From Minisyncoccota bacterium (GTDB lineage Bacteria; Patescibacteriota; Minisyncoccia; Phycocordibacterales; UBA9973): DNA of 64,000 nucleotides. The stretch covers positions 19,795 to 83,794 of the forward strand of contig JBAZXO010000001.1 of assembly GCA_041659785.1 (NCBI GenBank), read 5' to 3'. Shown here piece by piece: positions 18,339 through 27,531 of the stretch (positions are counted from its first letter, which is position 1; each line of letters starts with the position of its first letter). A program made the position numbers and the translations under genes. The notes under the pieces are model-generated. The model was not told where the DNA came from and did no database searches. It worked only from the letters and a program-made list of their open reading frames with translations.

Positions 18339-19748
18339 ATGGCTGGTGCAGAAAAAAAATCAGGTGGATTCATAGATTCTATTGAAGAAGGAATAAAAGA
18401 ATATTGGCCTTGGATCTTGGTCATAGTTGTTGTCTATTTTATTTTTCACTTTGATTTTCAATATACTCTAATAAGAAATTTACTGCCTTTAATAGGTACG
18501 ATATTTTTGGGCTGGATAGCTTGGAAAATGTGGGTTCATTATGTACAACAAGATTTTATTTCTGGAATAGATTTTGTTTTGCTTGAGATAGTTCCTCCAC
18601 GTGAAGTGTTACGTAGCCCTAAAGCTATGGAACTTTTTTTTACTAATGCCCTTTATCATTGGAGTCAGAAAGGAGGTCGTGAGGAGTATTGGCAAGGAGC
18701 TGTGTGGTTTTGGTTCTCTTTAGAAATTGCATCTATTGATGGGCAAGTACATTTTTATATACGAACACCGACGCGTGTAAGGGGTCTAATAGAGACACAA
18801 ATATACGCACAATATCCACAAGCACAAGTGAAAGCTGTGGAAGATTATACCCTCGCAGTAGATAAAATTTCTCCTGAGGGTGAATGGAACGCTTGGGGTT
18901 GTGAGTTTGCCCTAAAAAGACCAGAAGCGTTTCCAATTAAGACATATGTGGACTTTGGTTTAGATAAAGATCCTAAAGAAGAATTTAAAGTTGACCCCAT
19001 TTCTCCTGTTATTGAGCTTTTTGGCTCACTTCAGAAAGGAGAACAAATGTGGATGCAGATTGTTGTTAGGCCTTCTAAAAAATCATATCATACTAAGGGT
19101 ACATGGTTTGGACATCATGATTGGGTACAAGAAGCCAAGAATGAATTTTTTGTATTCATGAAGGATTACATGACTATAAAGGGTGAAGGTCATACACTTG
19201 GTAAAGATGCAAGAATTGAAATTCGTTCTCAGCCACACTTAGATACAACAATTAAAGCAATGAATGCAAAAATTACTAAGATTGGCTTTGATACTGGAAT
19301 TCGAGTTTGTTATGTGGCAAAAAAAGAAGTATATGATATGAGTAATAGAAGAAATATTCGTCTTATCTTTCGTCAATATGCAAATCCGGAAAATAATGAA
19401 CTTGAACGCGTAAATTCTACTCAAGCAGATGCTTTCAATACTTCTTTTTTCCCGCTTTCTAACGAAAAAGTTATGATATTAGCTGATAGAATGGTTCACG
19501 AATTTCGTGAACGAGGTTTCTTTCATCTTCCTATGAGGCATAATCTTTTTAATAATCATACGATTACAGGATTTACTTCTTTAGTCGTTAAACAATTTTG
19601 GCTTCCATATTTTCACCCCCCAACATTTGTTTTAAATGTAGAGGAGCTTGCTACATTGTGGCATTTCCCTGGTCAGATATTGAAAGTTCCTACGCTTGAA
19701 CGTATTGAGTCTAAGGAAGCTTCTCCTCCTACAAACTTGCCTATATAA
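18339..19748 (+). CDS. hypothetical membrane protein (two N-terminal TM helices, large W/Y-rich soluble domain)
   Basis: 469-aa ORF; no domain recognised. Confidence 0.4.
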   Translation: MAGAEKKSGGFIDSIEEGIKEYWPWILVIVVVYFIFHFDFQYTLIRNLLPLIGTIFLGWIAWKMWVHYVQQDFISGIDFVLLEIVPPREVLRSPKAMELFFTNALYHWSQKGGREEYWQGAVWFWFSLEIASIDGQVHFYIRTPTRVRGLIETQIYAQYPQAQVKAVEDYTLAVDKISPEGEWNAWGCEFALKRPEAFPIKTYVDFGLDKDPKEEFKVDPISPVIELFGSLQKGEQMWMQIVVRPSKKSYHTKGTWFGHHDWVQEAKNEFFVFMKDYMTIKGEGHTLGKDARIEIRSQPHLDTTIKAMNAKITKIGFDTGIRVCYVAKKEVYDMSNRRNIRLIFRQYANPENNELERVNSTQADAFNTSFFPLSNEKVMILADRMVHEFRERGFFHLPMRHNLFNNHTITGFTSLVVKQFWLPYFHPPTFVLNVEELATLWHFPGQILKVPTLERIESKEASPPTNLPI

Positions 19749-19754
19749 TTTCTT

Positions 19755-20687
19755 ATGGAAAATATCTTAAATGAATCTGAAAAAGAACCCGAGCGTTCAA
19801 TGCTTAAGTTTAATAATAAAAATGTTTGCTTTTTAATTGGTGCAATTATCTTTTTAATTTTTTTATATTTTTTCTTTTTAAGCGCACCAAGAAATTTTCA
19901 ATCTCCCACTACAGTGAGAATAGATGCAGGCATGAGTTTACGTGGGGCATCTCTTAGACTAAAAAATGAACATATCATACGCTCTAGAGTGGCATTTGAA
20001 TCTTTTGTAATAATTCTAGGGGGAGAGAAGCACATAGTATCTGCTGATTATTTATTTGATAAAAAGTTACCGGTTTGGGAAGTTGCTTTCCGTATTGTAG
20101 GAGGTTTGCATCATACGGCACCAGTATCAGTGACGATTCCTGAAGGTTTTGATGTAAATCAAATAGCAGATGTTTTTGATGTAAAACTAAAGAATTTTGA
20201 TAAAGTTCAGTTTTTGTTATCAGCAAAAGATATGGAGGGTTACCTTTTCCCCGATACTTATTTTTTCTTGATTGATGCTAATGAGAAGAATGTATTGAAA
20301 TCAATGAATGATAATTTTGAGAAGAAAATTGCTCCCCTTAATAAAGATATCGTTTCTTCTGGGAAAAGTGAAAAAGACATTATAGTAATGGCATCAATTA
20401 TTGAAAGAGAGTCAAAAGGAGACATAGACAGAGCAATTATTTCTGGAATTTTATGGAAGAGAATTAAAATTGGTATGCCACTTCAGGTGGATGCCGCTCC
20501 AGAAACTTATCAAACAAAAGGTTTACCCAAGAGCCCCATTAGTAATCCTGGCCTTTTGGCAATTACAGCAGCATTGTATCCACAAAGCTCAACATACCTT
20601 TATTATCTTCATGATAAAAATGGAGGTATCCATTATGCAAAGACCTTCGCTGAGCATGTGCAAAATAAATTAAAATATTTAAAATAA
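19755..20687 (+). CDS. mltG: endolytic murein transglycosylase MltG/YceG
   Basis: MASIIERESKGDIDRAIISGILWKRIKIGMPLQVDAA..YQTKGLPKSPISNPG matches the YceG signature. Confidence 0.8.
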   Translation: MENILNESEKEPERSMLKFNNKNVCFLIGAIIFLIFLYFFFLSAPRNFQSPTTVRIDAGMSLRGASLRLKNEHIIRSRVAFESFVIILGGEKHIVSADYLFDKKLPVWEVAFRIVGGLHHTAPVSVTIPEGFDVNQIADVFDVKLKNFDKVQFLLSAKDMEGYLFPDTYFFLIDANEKNVLKSMNDNFEKKIAPLNKDIVSSGKSEKDIIVMASIIERESKGDIDRAIISGILWKRIKIGMPLQVDAAPETYQTKGLPKSPISNPGLLAITAALYPQSSTYLYYLHDKNGGIHYAKTFAEHVQNKLKYLK

Positions 20688-20688
20688 A

Positions 20689-21216
20689 ATGAGAAAACAT
20701 AATTTTGCTTTTATTGATATAGAAACTACGGGACTCAATTTGCTCAAACATGAGATTATTGAGATTGGTTGTGTTTTAACAACTTCAACACTTGAAGTTA
20801 TAGAAGAGTTTGAGTTAAAAATAAAACCAGAACATATAGAAGATGCAGATCCTGTCGCCTTAAAAGTAAATCATTATAATTCTGATGATTGGGAGAAAGC
20901 TTATGATTTAGAAGAAGCCATGAATATATTTTCTTCAAAAGTGACAGATTGTATTATGGTTGGGCACAATGTTGCTTTTGATGCAGGATTTCTAGAACAC
21001 ACTTTAAATAAAATGCAGATAACGAACACTATGCATTATCATAAATTGGACACTATATCTATCGCTTGGGCCAAGCTCCATAATGATCCAAACCTAGAAC
21101 ACTTTTCTTTACGTGAATTATGTATGCGTTTTGATATAAAAAACGAACGAGCACACAGTGCTTTGCCAGATGCACGTGCAACCTTTGAGCTTTACAAAAA
21201 GCTGATGAATCTGTAA
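20689..21216 (+). CDS. DEDDh 3'-5' exonuclease (DnaQ/epsilon-like)
   Basis: FAFIDIETTGL (Exo I), VGHNVAFDAGFL (Exo II), HSALPDARATFELY (Exo III). Confidence 0.8.
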   Translation: MRKHNFAFIDIETTGLNLLKHEIIEIGCVLTTSTLEVIEEFELKIKPEHIEDADPVALKVNHYNSDDWEKAYDLEEAMNIFSSKVTDCIMVGHNVAFDAGFLEHTLNKMQITNTMHYHKLDTISIAWAKLHNDPNLEHFSLRELCMRFDIKNERAHSALPDARATFELYKKLMNL

Positions 21217-21225
21217 GTTTAAATT

Positions 21226-22470
21226 ATGAAGAAGAAAGTTGTTTTTGTCGGTATATCAGGAGGCGTAGATAGCGCTGTTTCAGCCGCAATGCTTAAAAAG
21301 CAGGGTTTTGACGTGGTGGGAGTTTTTATTAAAACTTGGCATCCAGATTTTCTAGAGTGTAATGAAGAAGATGAGCGTCGTGATGCTATGCGTGTGGCAG
21401 CTTTTTTAGATATTCCTTTTCTTACTTTTGATTTTGAAGATGTTTATAAAAAAGAAGTAGCTGACTATATGATAAGTGAATATAAGCTGGGGCGAACACC
21501 AAATCCAGATGTGATGTGCAACAAGGAAGTGAAGTTCGGCGCATTTCTTAAAAAAGCTCTTTCAATGGGTGCAGACTTTGTGGCGACTGGACATTATGCG
21601 GAGAATGGCGAGGTAAAAGTTGATTTTTTGAGTGGTGACGTTGCGAAGCAGGATATTCCTGAAAAAAAACAATTTTTACATCGCCAGCAAGACAAAACAA
21701 ATCATGCTTTTCTCAACCTGCCTGCTAAAGCAACGTCGGTATTCGAAAAACATAATTTGTTTTGTCTTAAAAAAGGTGTAGATTCATCCAAAGATCAAAG
21801 TTATTTTTTATGGACACTTAGACAAGAACAATTGAAGAAAATTTTATTTCCAATAGGGCATCTCAAAAAGACAGAAGTAAGAAAACTTGCTAAGAAATTT
21901 AGTCTTCCTGTAGCAGAGAAAAAGGATAGTCAAGGTATATGTTTTTTAGGAGCAGTAGATTTGAAAGATTTTTTGAAGCACTATATTAAAGTAAAAAAAG
22001 GAAAAGTTGAGAATGAAAAAGGGGAAGTAATTGGGCATCATGATGGGGCAGTTTTTTATACTTTAGGGGAAAGGCATGGTTTTACAATCACACAAAAAAC
22101 ACCGAAAGATGGTGCATATTACATAGTGGGTAAAGATATAAATAAAAATATTTTATATGTGTCACAAAATCCTCTCCCCAACCCCTCTCCATTAGTAACT
22201 AATGGAGAGGGGCGAAGGGGTGAGGCAATTAAAATTATTAATACAAATTGGATTTCAGAAGTTCCAGAAATTCACCCCGCCGATGGCGGGGCAAGTAAAA
22301 ACTATACTGCGCAGATTCGTTACCATAGTGAATTTTTGCCTTGCAAAATTAAAGTTCTTTCTAAGAATAAAGCTGAAATAATTTTTACAAAAACAATCTT
22401 GGTTGCTTCTGGCCAATCCATCGTGGTCTACGATGGTGATATTTGCTTGGGTGGTGGAGTAGTTGTATAA
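21226..22470 (+). CDS. mnmA: tRNA-specific 2-thiouridylase MnmA, carrying lineage-specific in-frame insertions
   Basis: VFVGISGGVDSAVSAAML PP-loop; ..ATGHYA..; KDQSYFLW. 414 aa against a typical ~360. Confidence 0.85.
   Translation: MKKKVVFVGISGGVDSAVSAAMLKKQGFDVVGVFIKTWHPDFLECNEEDERRDAMRVAAFLDIPFLTFDFEDVYKKEVADYMISEYKLGRTPNPDVMCNKEVKFGAFLKKALSMGADFVATGHYAENGEVKVDFLSGDVAKQDIPEKKQFLHRQQDKTNHAFLNLPAKATSVFEKHNLFCLKKGVDSSKDQSYFLWTLRQEQLKKILFPIGHLKKTEVRKLAKKFSLPVAEKKDSQGICFLGAVDLKDFLKHYIKVKKGKVENEKGEVIGHHDGAVFYTLGERHGFTITQKTPKDGAYYIVGKDINKNILYVSQNPLPNPSPLVTNGEGRRGEAIKIINTNWISEVPEIHPADGGASKNYTAQIRYHSEFLPCKIKVLSKNKAEIIFTKTILVASGQSIVVYDGDICLGGGVVV
22171..22295. repeat. two different GC palindromic elements inserted in-frame in mnmA: family C at 22171-22225 and family A at 22275-22295
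   Basis: cccctctccattagt-a-actaatggagagggg is a perfect 15-bp inverted repeat, followed by gaaggggtgagg. Then ccccgccgatggcggggcaag. They encode NPSPLVTNGEGRRGEA and HPADGGASK. Confidence 0.8.
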
Positions 22471-22948
22471 TTATCAAATGCAACAATTTTTAACACAAAA
22501 TAGTGAACTTATTCTAAGATTATCAGTGGCAGTAGTTCTGGGTATGATTATTGGTGCCGAACGTATTTTTGTTCACAAAGAGGCTGGAATGAAGACCCAT
22601 GCACTAGTTGCGATGGGCTCAGCTGTTTTTGTATTAGTATCTGAATCAATGGCAATTAAATATATGAACTATCCAGGCTTTAACCCCACAATGATGGCTT
22701 CTCAAATCATTGTTGGTATTGGATTTTTGGGAGCAGGGTCAATTATGCTTCAAGGTTTCCACACAAGAGGCCTAACGACAGCTAGTGGTCTCTGGGTGAC
22801 AGCTGGCATCGGCATGGCATCTGGTTTTGGGCTTTACTCTTTGGCTATTGTTTCTACTCTTCTTATACTTATTGTTTTTCTTTCAATGAATATTATTGAA
22901 AAACCTATTAGAAAAATTTCTGGTGAAATAGACAATGGAATCAAATGA
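22463..22948 (+). CDS. MgtC/SapB-family membrane protein
   Basis: LRLSVAVVLGMIIGAERIFVHKEAGMKTHALVAMGSAVFVLVSE is the MgtC signature. Start possibly at 22478. Confidence 0.75.
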   Translation: MYNYQMQQFLTQNSELILRLSVAVVLGMIIGAERIFVHKEAGMKTHALVAMGSAVFVLVSESMAIKYMNYPGFNPTMMASQIIVGIGFLGAGSIMLQGFHTRGLTTASGLWVTAGIGMASGFGLYSLAIVSTLLILIVFLSMNIIEKPIRKISGEIDNGIK

Positions 22949-24596
22949 AATTAGATCAAAATTTCTAAAATTTTTTGAAAATCGAGGACATAAAATAATT
23001 CCTTCTTCTTCGTTGATACCCAATGACCCTTCAGTGCTTTTCACAACAGCTGGAATGCAGCAGTTTAAACCTTATTATACCAATCCACAAAATGCTGATA
23101 AAGATTTTGGTAATAGAAATATTACAACAGCTCAGAAATGTATTCGTACCGGTGACATAGAAGAAGTCGGTGATGCTACGCATCTGACTTTTTTTGAAAT
23201 GCTTGGGAACTTTTCTTTTGGTGGCTATGGTAGACGTGAGGCTATTACTTATGCATATGATTTTATTGTTAAAGAATTAGGTTTGGAAATTTCTTATGTA
23301 ACTGTTTATAAAGGTGAGGGGATAGTTCCCAAGGATGATGAATCGCGCGCTGTTTGGGAAGAGTTAGGAGTGAAGGATATTCGTTTAGATGGTCATGATG
23401 TTTTTTGGGGGCCGACAGGAGACTCTGGGCCATGCGGACCAACAACAGAGATTTATTGCAAAAATGCAGATGGGGTTGATGTAGAAATTTGGAATATTGT
23501 TTTTAATGAATATTTTTGTGACAATTCTCGTGAAAAATTAGATAAAGGACAAGCTAATCTAAAAAAATTAGATGTTTTAGGCATAGATACAGGTATGGGG
23601 TTAGAACGCTTGCTTGCAACTGTTCAGAAAAGGAAAAATGTTTACGAAACAGATGTTTTTAATAATGAACAAACAAAAGAAGAAAGAATAGTTGCAGATC
23701 ATATAAAAGCGTCCCTTTTCATGATTTCAGATGGAGTAGTTCCATCAAATACTGGAGCTGGATATGTATTACGAAGATTAATAAGACGAGCAGTTAGATT
23801 TTCTAAACAGCCTCTGTCACAAGAAATAGAAAAAATAAAAAAAATTTACGAAGGAGTTTATGTTCTTGATGATAAGGGAGAAATAGAAAATGAAGAAAAA
23901 AAGTTTAGACATACGCTTGAGCATGGATTAAAAGAATTTGAAAAGGGGATAGATCCATTCGTTTTGGCTACTACTTATGGTTTTCCAATAGAACTTACTC
24001 TTGAGTTAGCAAAAGAAAAAGGACAGACGATTGACCTAGAAGAATTTCATAAAAAGATGGCAGAACATCAGAAATTATCGCAGACTTCATCCGCCGGTAT
24101 GTTTAAGGGTGGGCTTGCAAATCATAATGAAAAAACAATCAGACTTCACACTGCACACCATTTATTGCTTGCTGGACTTCAGGCAGTTGTAGATAAAAAT
24201 ATAAAACAACGAGGAAGTAACATCACCGAAGAGCGTTTACGTATGGATTTCTTGTGTGATCATAAATTAACTGATGAAGAAAAACAAAAAGTGGAAATCT
24301 GGGTCAATGAAAAAATTTCTGAAGGTTTAAATGTTGTTCGCAAAGAGATGCCCTTGGTTGAGGCAGAAAAGCTCGGCGCAGAAATGGAATTTGGTGCTAA
24401 ATATCCAGATATCGTATCTTTATATTTTATAGAAGAACCCGCCAAGGACGGGTCAGGTAAAAATGTTAATGTAATATCTAAAGAATTTTGTGGTGGACCA
24501 CATGTAAATAACACTAAAGAATTGGGTAAATTTAAAATTCAAAAAGAAGAAGCTGTAGCTGCTGGCATTAGACGCATCAAGGCAGTACTGGAATAA
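22935..24596 (+). CDS. alaS: alanyl-tRNA synthetase, compact form (catalytic + editing HxxxH/CxxxH motifs; no long C-terminal extension)
   Basis: FTTAGMQQFKPYY, HLTFFEMLGNFSFGGY, GPCGPTTEIY, editing-site HTAHHLL and CGGPHV. Only 553 aa. Confidence 0.8.
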   Translation: MESNEIRSKFLKFFENRGHKIIPSSSLIPNDPSVLFTTAGMQQFKPYYTNPQNADKDFGNRNITTAQKCIRTGDIEEVGDATHLTFFEMLGNFSFGGYGRREAITYAYDFIVKELGLEISYVTVYKGEGIVPKDDESRAVWEELGVKDIRLDGHDVFWGPTGDSGPCGPTTEIYCKNADGVDVEIWNIVFNEYFCDNSREKLDKGQANLKKLDVLGIDTGMGLERLLATVQKRKNVYETDVFNNEQTKEERIVADHIKASLFMISDGVVPSNTGAGYVLRRLIRRAVRFSKQPLSQEIEKIKKIYEGVYVLDDKGEIENEEKKFRHTLEHGLKEFEKGIDPFVLATTYGFPIELTLELAKEKGQTIDLEEFHKKMAEHQKLSQTSSAGMFKGGLANHNEKTIRLHTAHHLLLAGLQAVVDKNIKQRGSNITEERLRMDFLCDHKLTDEEKQKVEIWVNEKISEGLNVVRKEMPLVEAEKLGAEMEFGAKYPDIVSLYFIEEPAKDGSGKNVNVISKEFCGGPHVNNTKELGKFKIQKEEAVAAGIRRIKAVLE

Positions 24597-24625
24597 ATTT
24601 GGAAGATAAATTATTAAATTAAAAA

Positions 24626-25099
24626 CCTCACCCCTGCCCCCTCTCCAGAATACTGGCGAGGGGTAAATGCAACATACTAAGTGTGCTATATTTTAAGTAA
24701 TGGTTATATTAAAAACAATAATTAAAGCAAGATATTTAAGGAAAGAAGAAACTAAAACAGAACAAATACTTTGGGAGAAACTTAGAAATAATAATCTTGG
24801 TATGAAATGGAGAAGACAGCATCCTTTGGATATGTTTATCCTTGATTTTTACGCACCTAAAATAAAACTCGCGATAGAATTAGACGGTTCTATTCATAAT
24901 ATAAAAGAAAATAAAGAATATGATAAAGATAGAACAGATTATTTGAAATCTAAAGATATACAAGTTCTGAGATTTTGGAATTCTGAAGTAGAAAAAGATT
25001 TAGAAAACGTTTTAAATAAAATAAAAGAAAAAACAAAAGAACTTTTATAAGTTTGTATTTTTCCCCTCTCTGGTACTCCGGAGAGGGGAAGGGGTGAGG
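24626..25099. mobile_element. candidate miniature cassette: a DUF559 gene bracketed by inverted copies of the family C GC palindromic element, with 10-bp terminal inverted repeats CCTCACCCCT / AGGGGTGAGG
   Basis: Left element 24626-24664 (cctcacccctgccccctctcc..gcgaggggt). Right element 25063-25099 (cccctctctggtactccggagaggggaaggggtgagg). The two ends are exact reverse complements. Confidence 0.5.
24700..25050 (+). CDS. DUF559 (Vsr-like PD-(D/E)xK endonuclease-fold) domain protein
   Basis: ARYLRKEETKTEQILWEKLRNNNLGMKWRRQHPLDMFILDFYAPKIKLAIELDGSIH..VLRFWNSEV matches the DUF559 consensus. Confidence 0.7.
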   Translation: MVILKTIIKARYLRKEETKTEQILWEKLRNNNLGMKWRRQHPLDMFILDFYAPKIKLAIELDGSIHNIKENKEYDKDRTDYLKSKDIQVLRFWNSEVEKDLENVLNKIKEKTKELL

Positions 25100-25145
25100 A
25101 GTATTTGGCTCAAATAGTTATCCCCATTTCACTTTCCAAAACTTC

Positions 25146-25161
25146 TGGGGGGGGGTTATAA
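25146..25161. promoter_or_regulatory. G9 homopolymer abutting a TATAAT -10 box upstream of a surface-protein gene (candidate slipped-strand phase-variation site)
   Basis: ctggggggggg ttataat at 25146-25161; ATG at 25197. Confidence 0.5.
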
Positions 25162-25196
25162 TTAAAAGAGTAATTTATTAATTTAATTTTTTACAT

Positions 25197-26282
25197 ATGA
25201 ATAAAAAAATATTAAGTGTTTTAGTTTTTTCTTTGTTCGTTTTAGGTGCCACAAAAGCTTTCGCTTCTTTAACCTTCAGCTCAGCTGCTATTACAGGAGA
25301 TGCTGCTTCTACGATAGATGTAGGTGCAGGGAATGCTTTGTCATTACAGACTACGAACAACGGAGCGATAACCACAGGAACAGGTTTAGTTACATTAGGA
25401 GGAAGTTTAAATGCTGCAGGTATTATTACTTTACCCATGACTACAAGTTCAACGACTGGTGTCATCTATAAAGGAGCAACACCTTTTATTCATAATTTTA
25501 ATTTTGGAAATAATGGAACAGTTACAACTGATGGTAAAAATACCTTCGTTGGAATAAATGCTGGTAATTTTACAATGGGGAGTACTGCGACATTAACATA
25601 TGAAAGCAGTAGTAATGTTGGTATAGGTCAAGATGTCTTAACAATTAATACTAAGGGATATGGTAATACTGCAACAGGTTGGTCTGATTTAAAACTTAAC
25701 ACTACTGGTAGTTGGAACACTGCATATGGGGTAACGGCACTTTATAATAATACAACGGGTAGTAATAATGTAGCAATTGGTGGAGAGGCATTAGGTTTTA
25801 ACACCATAGGTGGAGAAAACACTGCAGTTGGTGTTTATGCTCTTGATTTCAATACTACAGGAAGTCTTAATACCGCTAATGGTATGTACTCTCTTAGCTC
25901 TAATAGCACTGGTTCTCGCAACGTTGCATTGGGATACGCCGCGGGAGCGTACGAATTAGGGTCTAGTTCATTTTACGTAGATGCTTATGACCGAGCAAAC
26001 ACTGCAGGGGATAAAGCAGGGGCTTTGCTATACGGAACATTTAATGCGACGCCAAGTCTTCAGACTTTAACTATCAATGGAAAGATTACTGCAAGTAATG
26101 CTATGAATAAAGGCACAGTAGCTCTCTCTGCTGGCACAGCCACAGTCACAGTTGTCTCTGGTGCTGTCTGCGTAGTTAGCGAAACGACAACTGCTACAAA
26201 TGGAGTTAAGGGTGCAGTCGTCGGCACAACGCTTACAATCACGGGTACTGGTACAGATACTATTGCTTATATTTGTTTGTAA
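25197..26282 (+). CDS. secreted G/T/N-rich repeat surface protein (paralog A)
   Basis: Signal peptide MNKKILSVLVFSLFVLGATKAFA. Degenerate NTxxG..AL repeats. The N-terminal 55 aa and the promoter are duplicated at 36875. Confidence 0.5.
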   Translation: MNKKILSVLVFSLFVLGATKAFASLTFSSAAITGDAASTIDVGAGNALSLQTTNNGAITTGTGLVTLGGSLNAAGIITLPMTTSSTTGVIYKGATPFIHNFNFGNNGTVTTDGKNTFVGINAGNFTMGSTATLTYESSSNVGIGQDVLTINTKGYGNTATGWSDLKLNTTGSWNTAYGVTALYNNTTGSNNVAIGGEALGFNTIGGENTAVGVYALDFNTTGSLNTANGMYSLSSNSTGSRNVALGYAAGAYELGSSSFYVDAYDRANTAGDKAGALLYGTFNATPSLQTLTINGKITASNAMNKGTVALSAGTATVTVVSGAVCVVSETTTATNGVKGAVVGTTLTITGTGTDTIAYICL

Positions 26283-26330
26283 ATTTTTCCTTCAATTTAT
26301 TTGCGTTCATGTTTATGTTATAATTAATGC

Positions 26331-27530
26331 ATGGGTATTTTTTCTGGACACAAAAAAGAGAATGAATTGATATTAGTTTTTAATATTGGCTCGTCTTCTG
26401 TGGGCGGAGCACTTTTTGAAACACAAAGCTCCGGTATCCCTAAGATAATCTTATCTGTTCGTGAACCGATACAGCTCGAGAAGACTATAGATGTAGATCA
26501 TTTTTTACTGTTAACGATAAAATCTTTAGAAATTGTTTCTAAAAAAATTTTTAAGAAGGGGCTAGGTGCTCCAGAGCAAGTATTCTGTGTTCTTTCTTCG
26601 GCTTGGTATGCTTCACAAACAAGGATAATTAATTTTAAAAAAAATACCCCTTTTGTTTTTACTGAAAAATTAGCTGATGAGTTAGTAAAAAAAGAAATAA
26701 AAATATTTGAAGAAGAACATTTGTTGAAATATAACACCGTTGACAATAGGGTCCGCACTATCGAACTTAAAAATATCAAAACGATGTTGAATGGTTATGA
26801 GACATCCAAGCCATTAAACCAAAAGACAAAAGAATTAGAAATGACTATTTTTGTATCTATCAGTGGAGAACAAATATTAAAAAAAATAGAAGATACGATA
26901 GGGAAATATTTTCATTTCAAACAAATAAAGTTCTCTTCTTTCGTATTGTCTTTTTTTACAGTGGTACGAGACATGTTCGTAAAACAAGAGAATTTCCTTT
27001 TATTAGATATTGGAGGGGAAGTAACAGATATATCTATGATAAAGAAGAATACTCTACGAAATTCAATATCTTTTCCTCTTGGTCGTAATTTCTTAATACG
27101 AGGAGTTGCAGAAGATCTAGATTGTACTTTAGATGAAGCTTATTCCTTCATTTCTCTTTTTAAAGATGGGCACGCAGAAGAATCTATTGCAAAAAAACTT
27201 TCATTAATCCTAAATAAATTAAGAGCACAATGGCTAAAAGAGTTTCAGGATTCTTTAGCAAATTTATCAAATGATATTTCTATACCCTCGACTATTTATA
27301 TAGCTATCGACAAAGACTTGGTGGACTTTTTTACTGAAACAATTAAAACTGAACAGTTTAGTCAGTACACATTAACAGAATCAAAATTCGAAGTTATCTT
27401 TTTAAGCACTGAGTTGCTTCATGGTACTGCAGTATTTAAAGAAGATGTAATACGCGAGCAGTTTCTGATTATTGACTCTATTTATATTAATCGTTTTCTT
27501 TCTAATCCCGCTATAGCGGAGCGAGCATAA
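26331..27530 (+). CDS. actin-fold ATPase of the FtsA/PilM family
   Basis: LVFNIGSSSVGGALFE (phosphate-1-like) and LLDIGGEVTDISMI (phosphate-2-like). Confidence 0.45.
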   Translation: MGIFSGHKKENELILVFNIGSSSVGGALFETQSSGIPKIILSVREPIQLEKTIDVDHFLLLTIKSLEIVSKKIFKKGLGAPEQVFCVLSSAWYASQTRIINFKKNTPFVFTEKLADELVKKEIKIFEEEHLLKYNTVDNRVRTIELKNIKTMLNGYETSKPLNQKTKELEMTIFVSISGEQILKKIEDTIGKYFHFKQIKFSSFVLSFFTVVRDMFVKQENFLLLDIGGEVTDISMIKKNTLRNSISFPLGRNFLIRGVAEDLDCTLDEAYSFISLFKDGHAEESIAKKLSLILNKLRAQWLKEFQDSLANLSNDISIPSTIYIAIDKDLVDFFTETIKTEQFSQYTLTESKFEVIFLSTELLHGTAVFKEDVIREQFLIIDSIYINRFLSNPAIAERA

Positions 27531-27531
27531 T

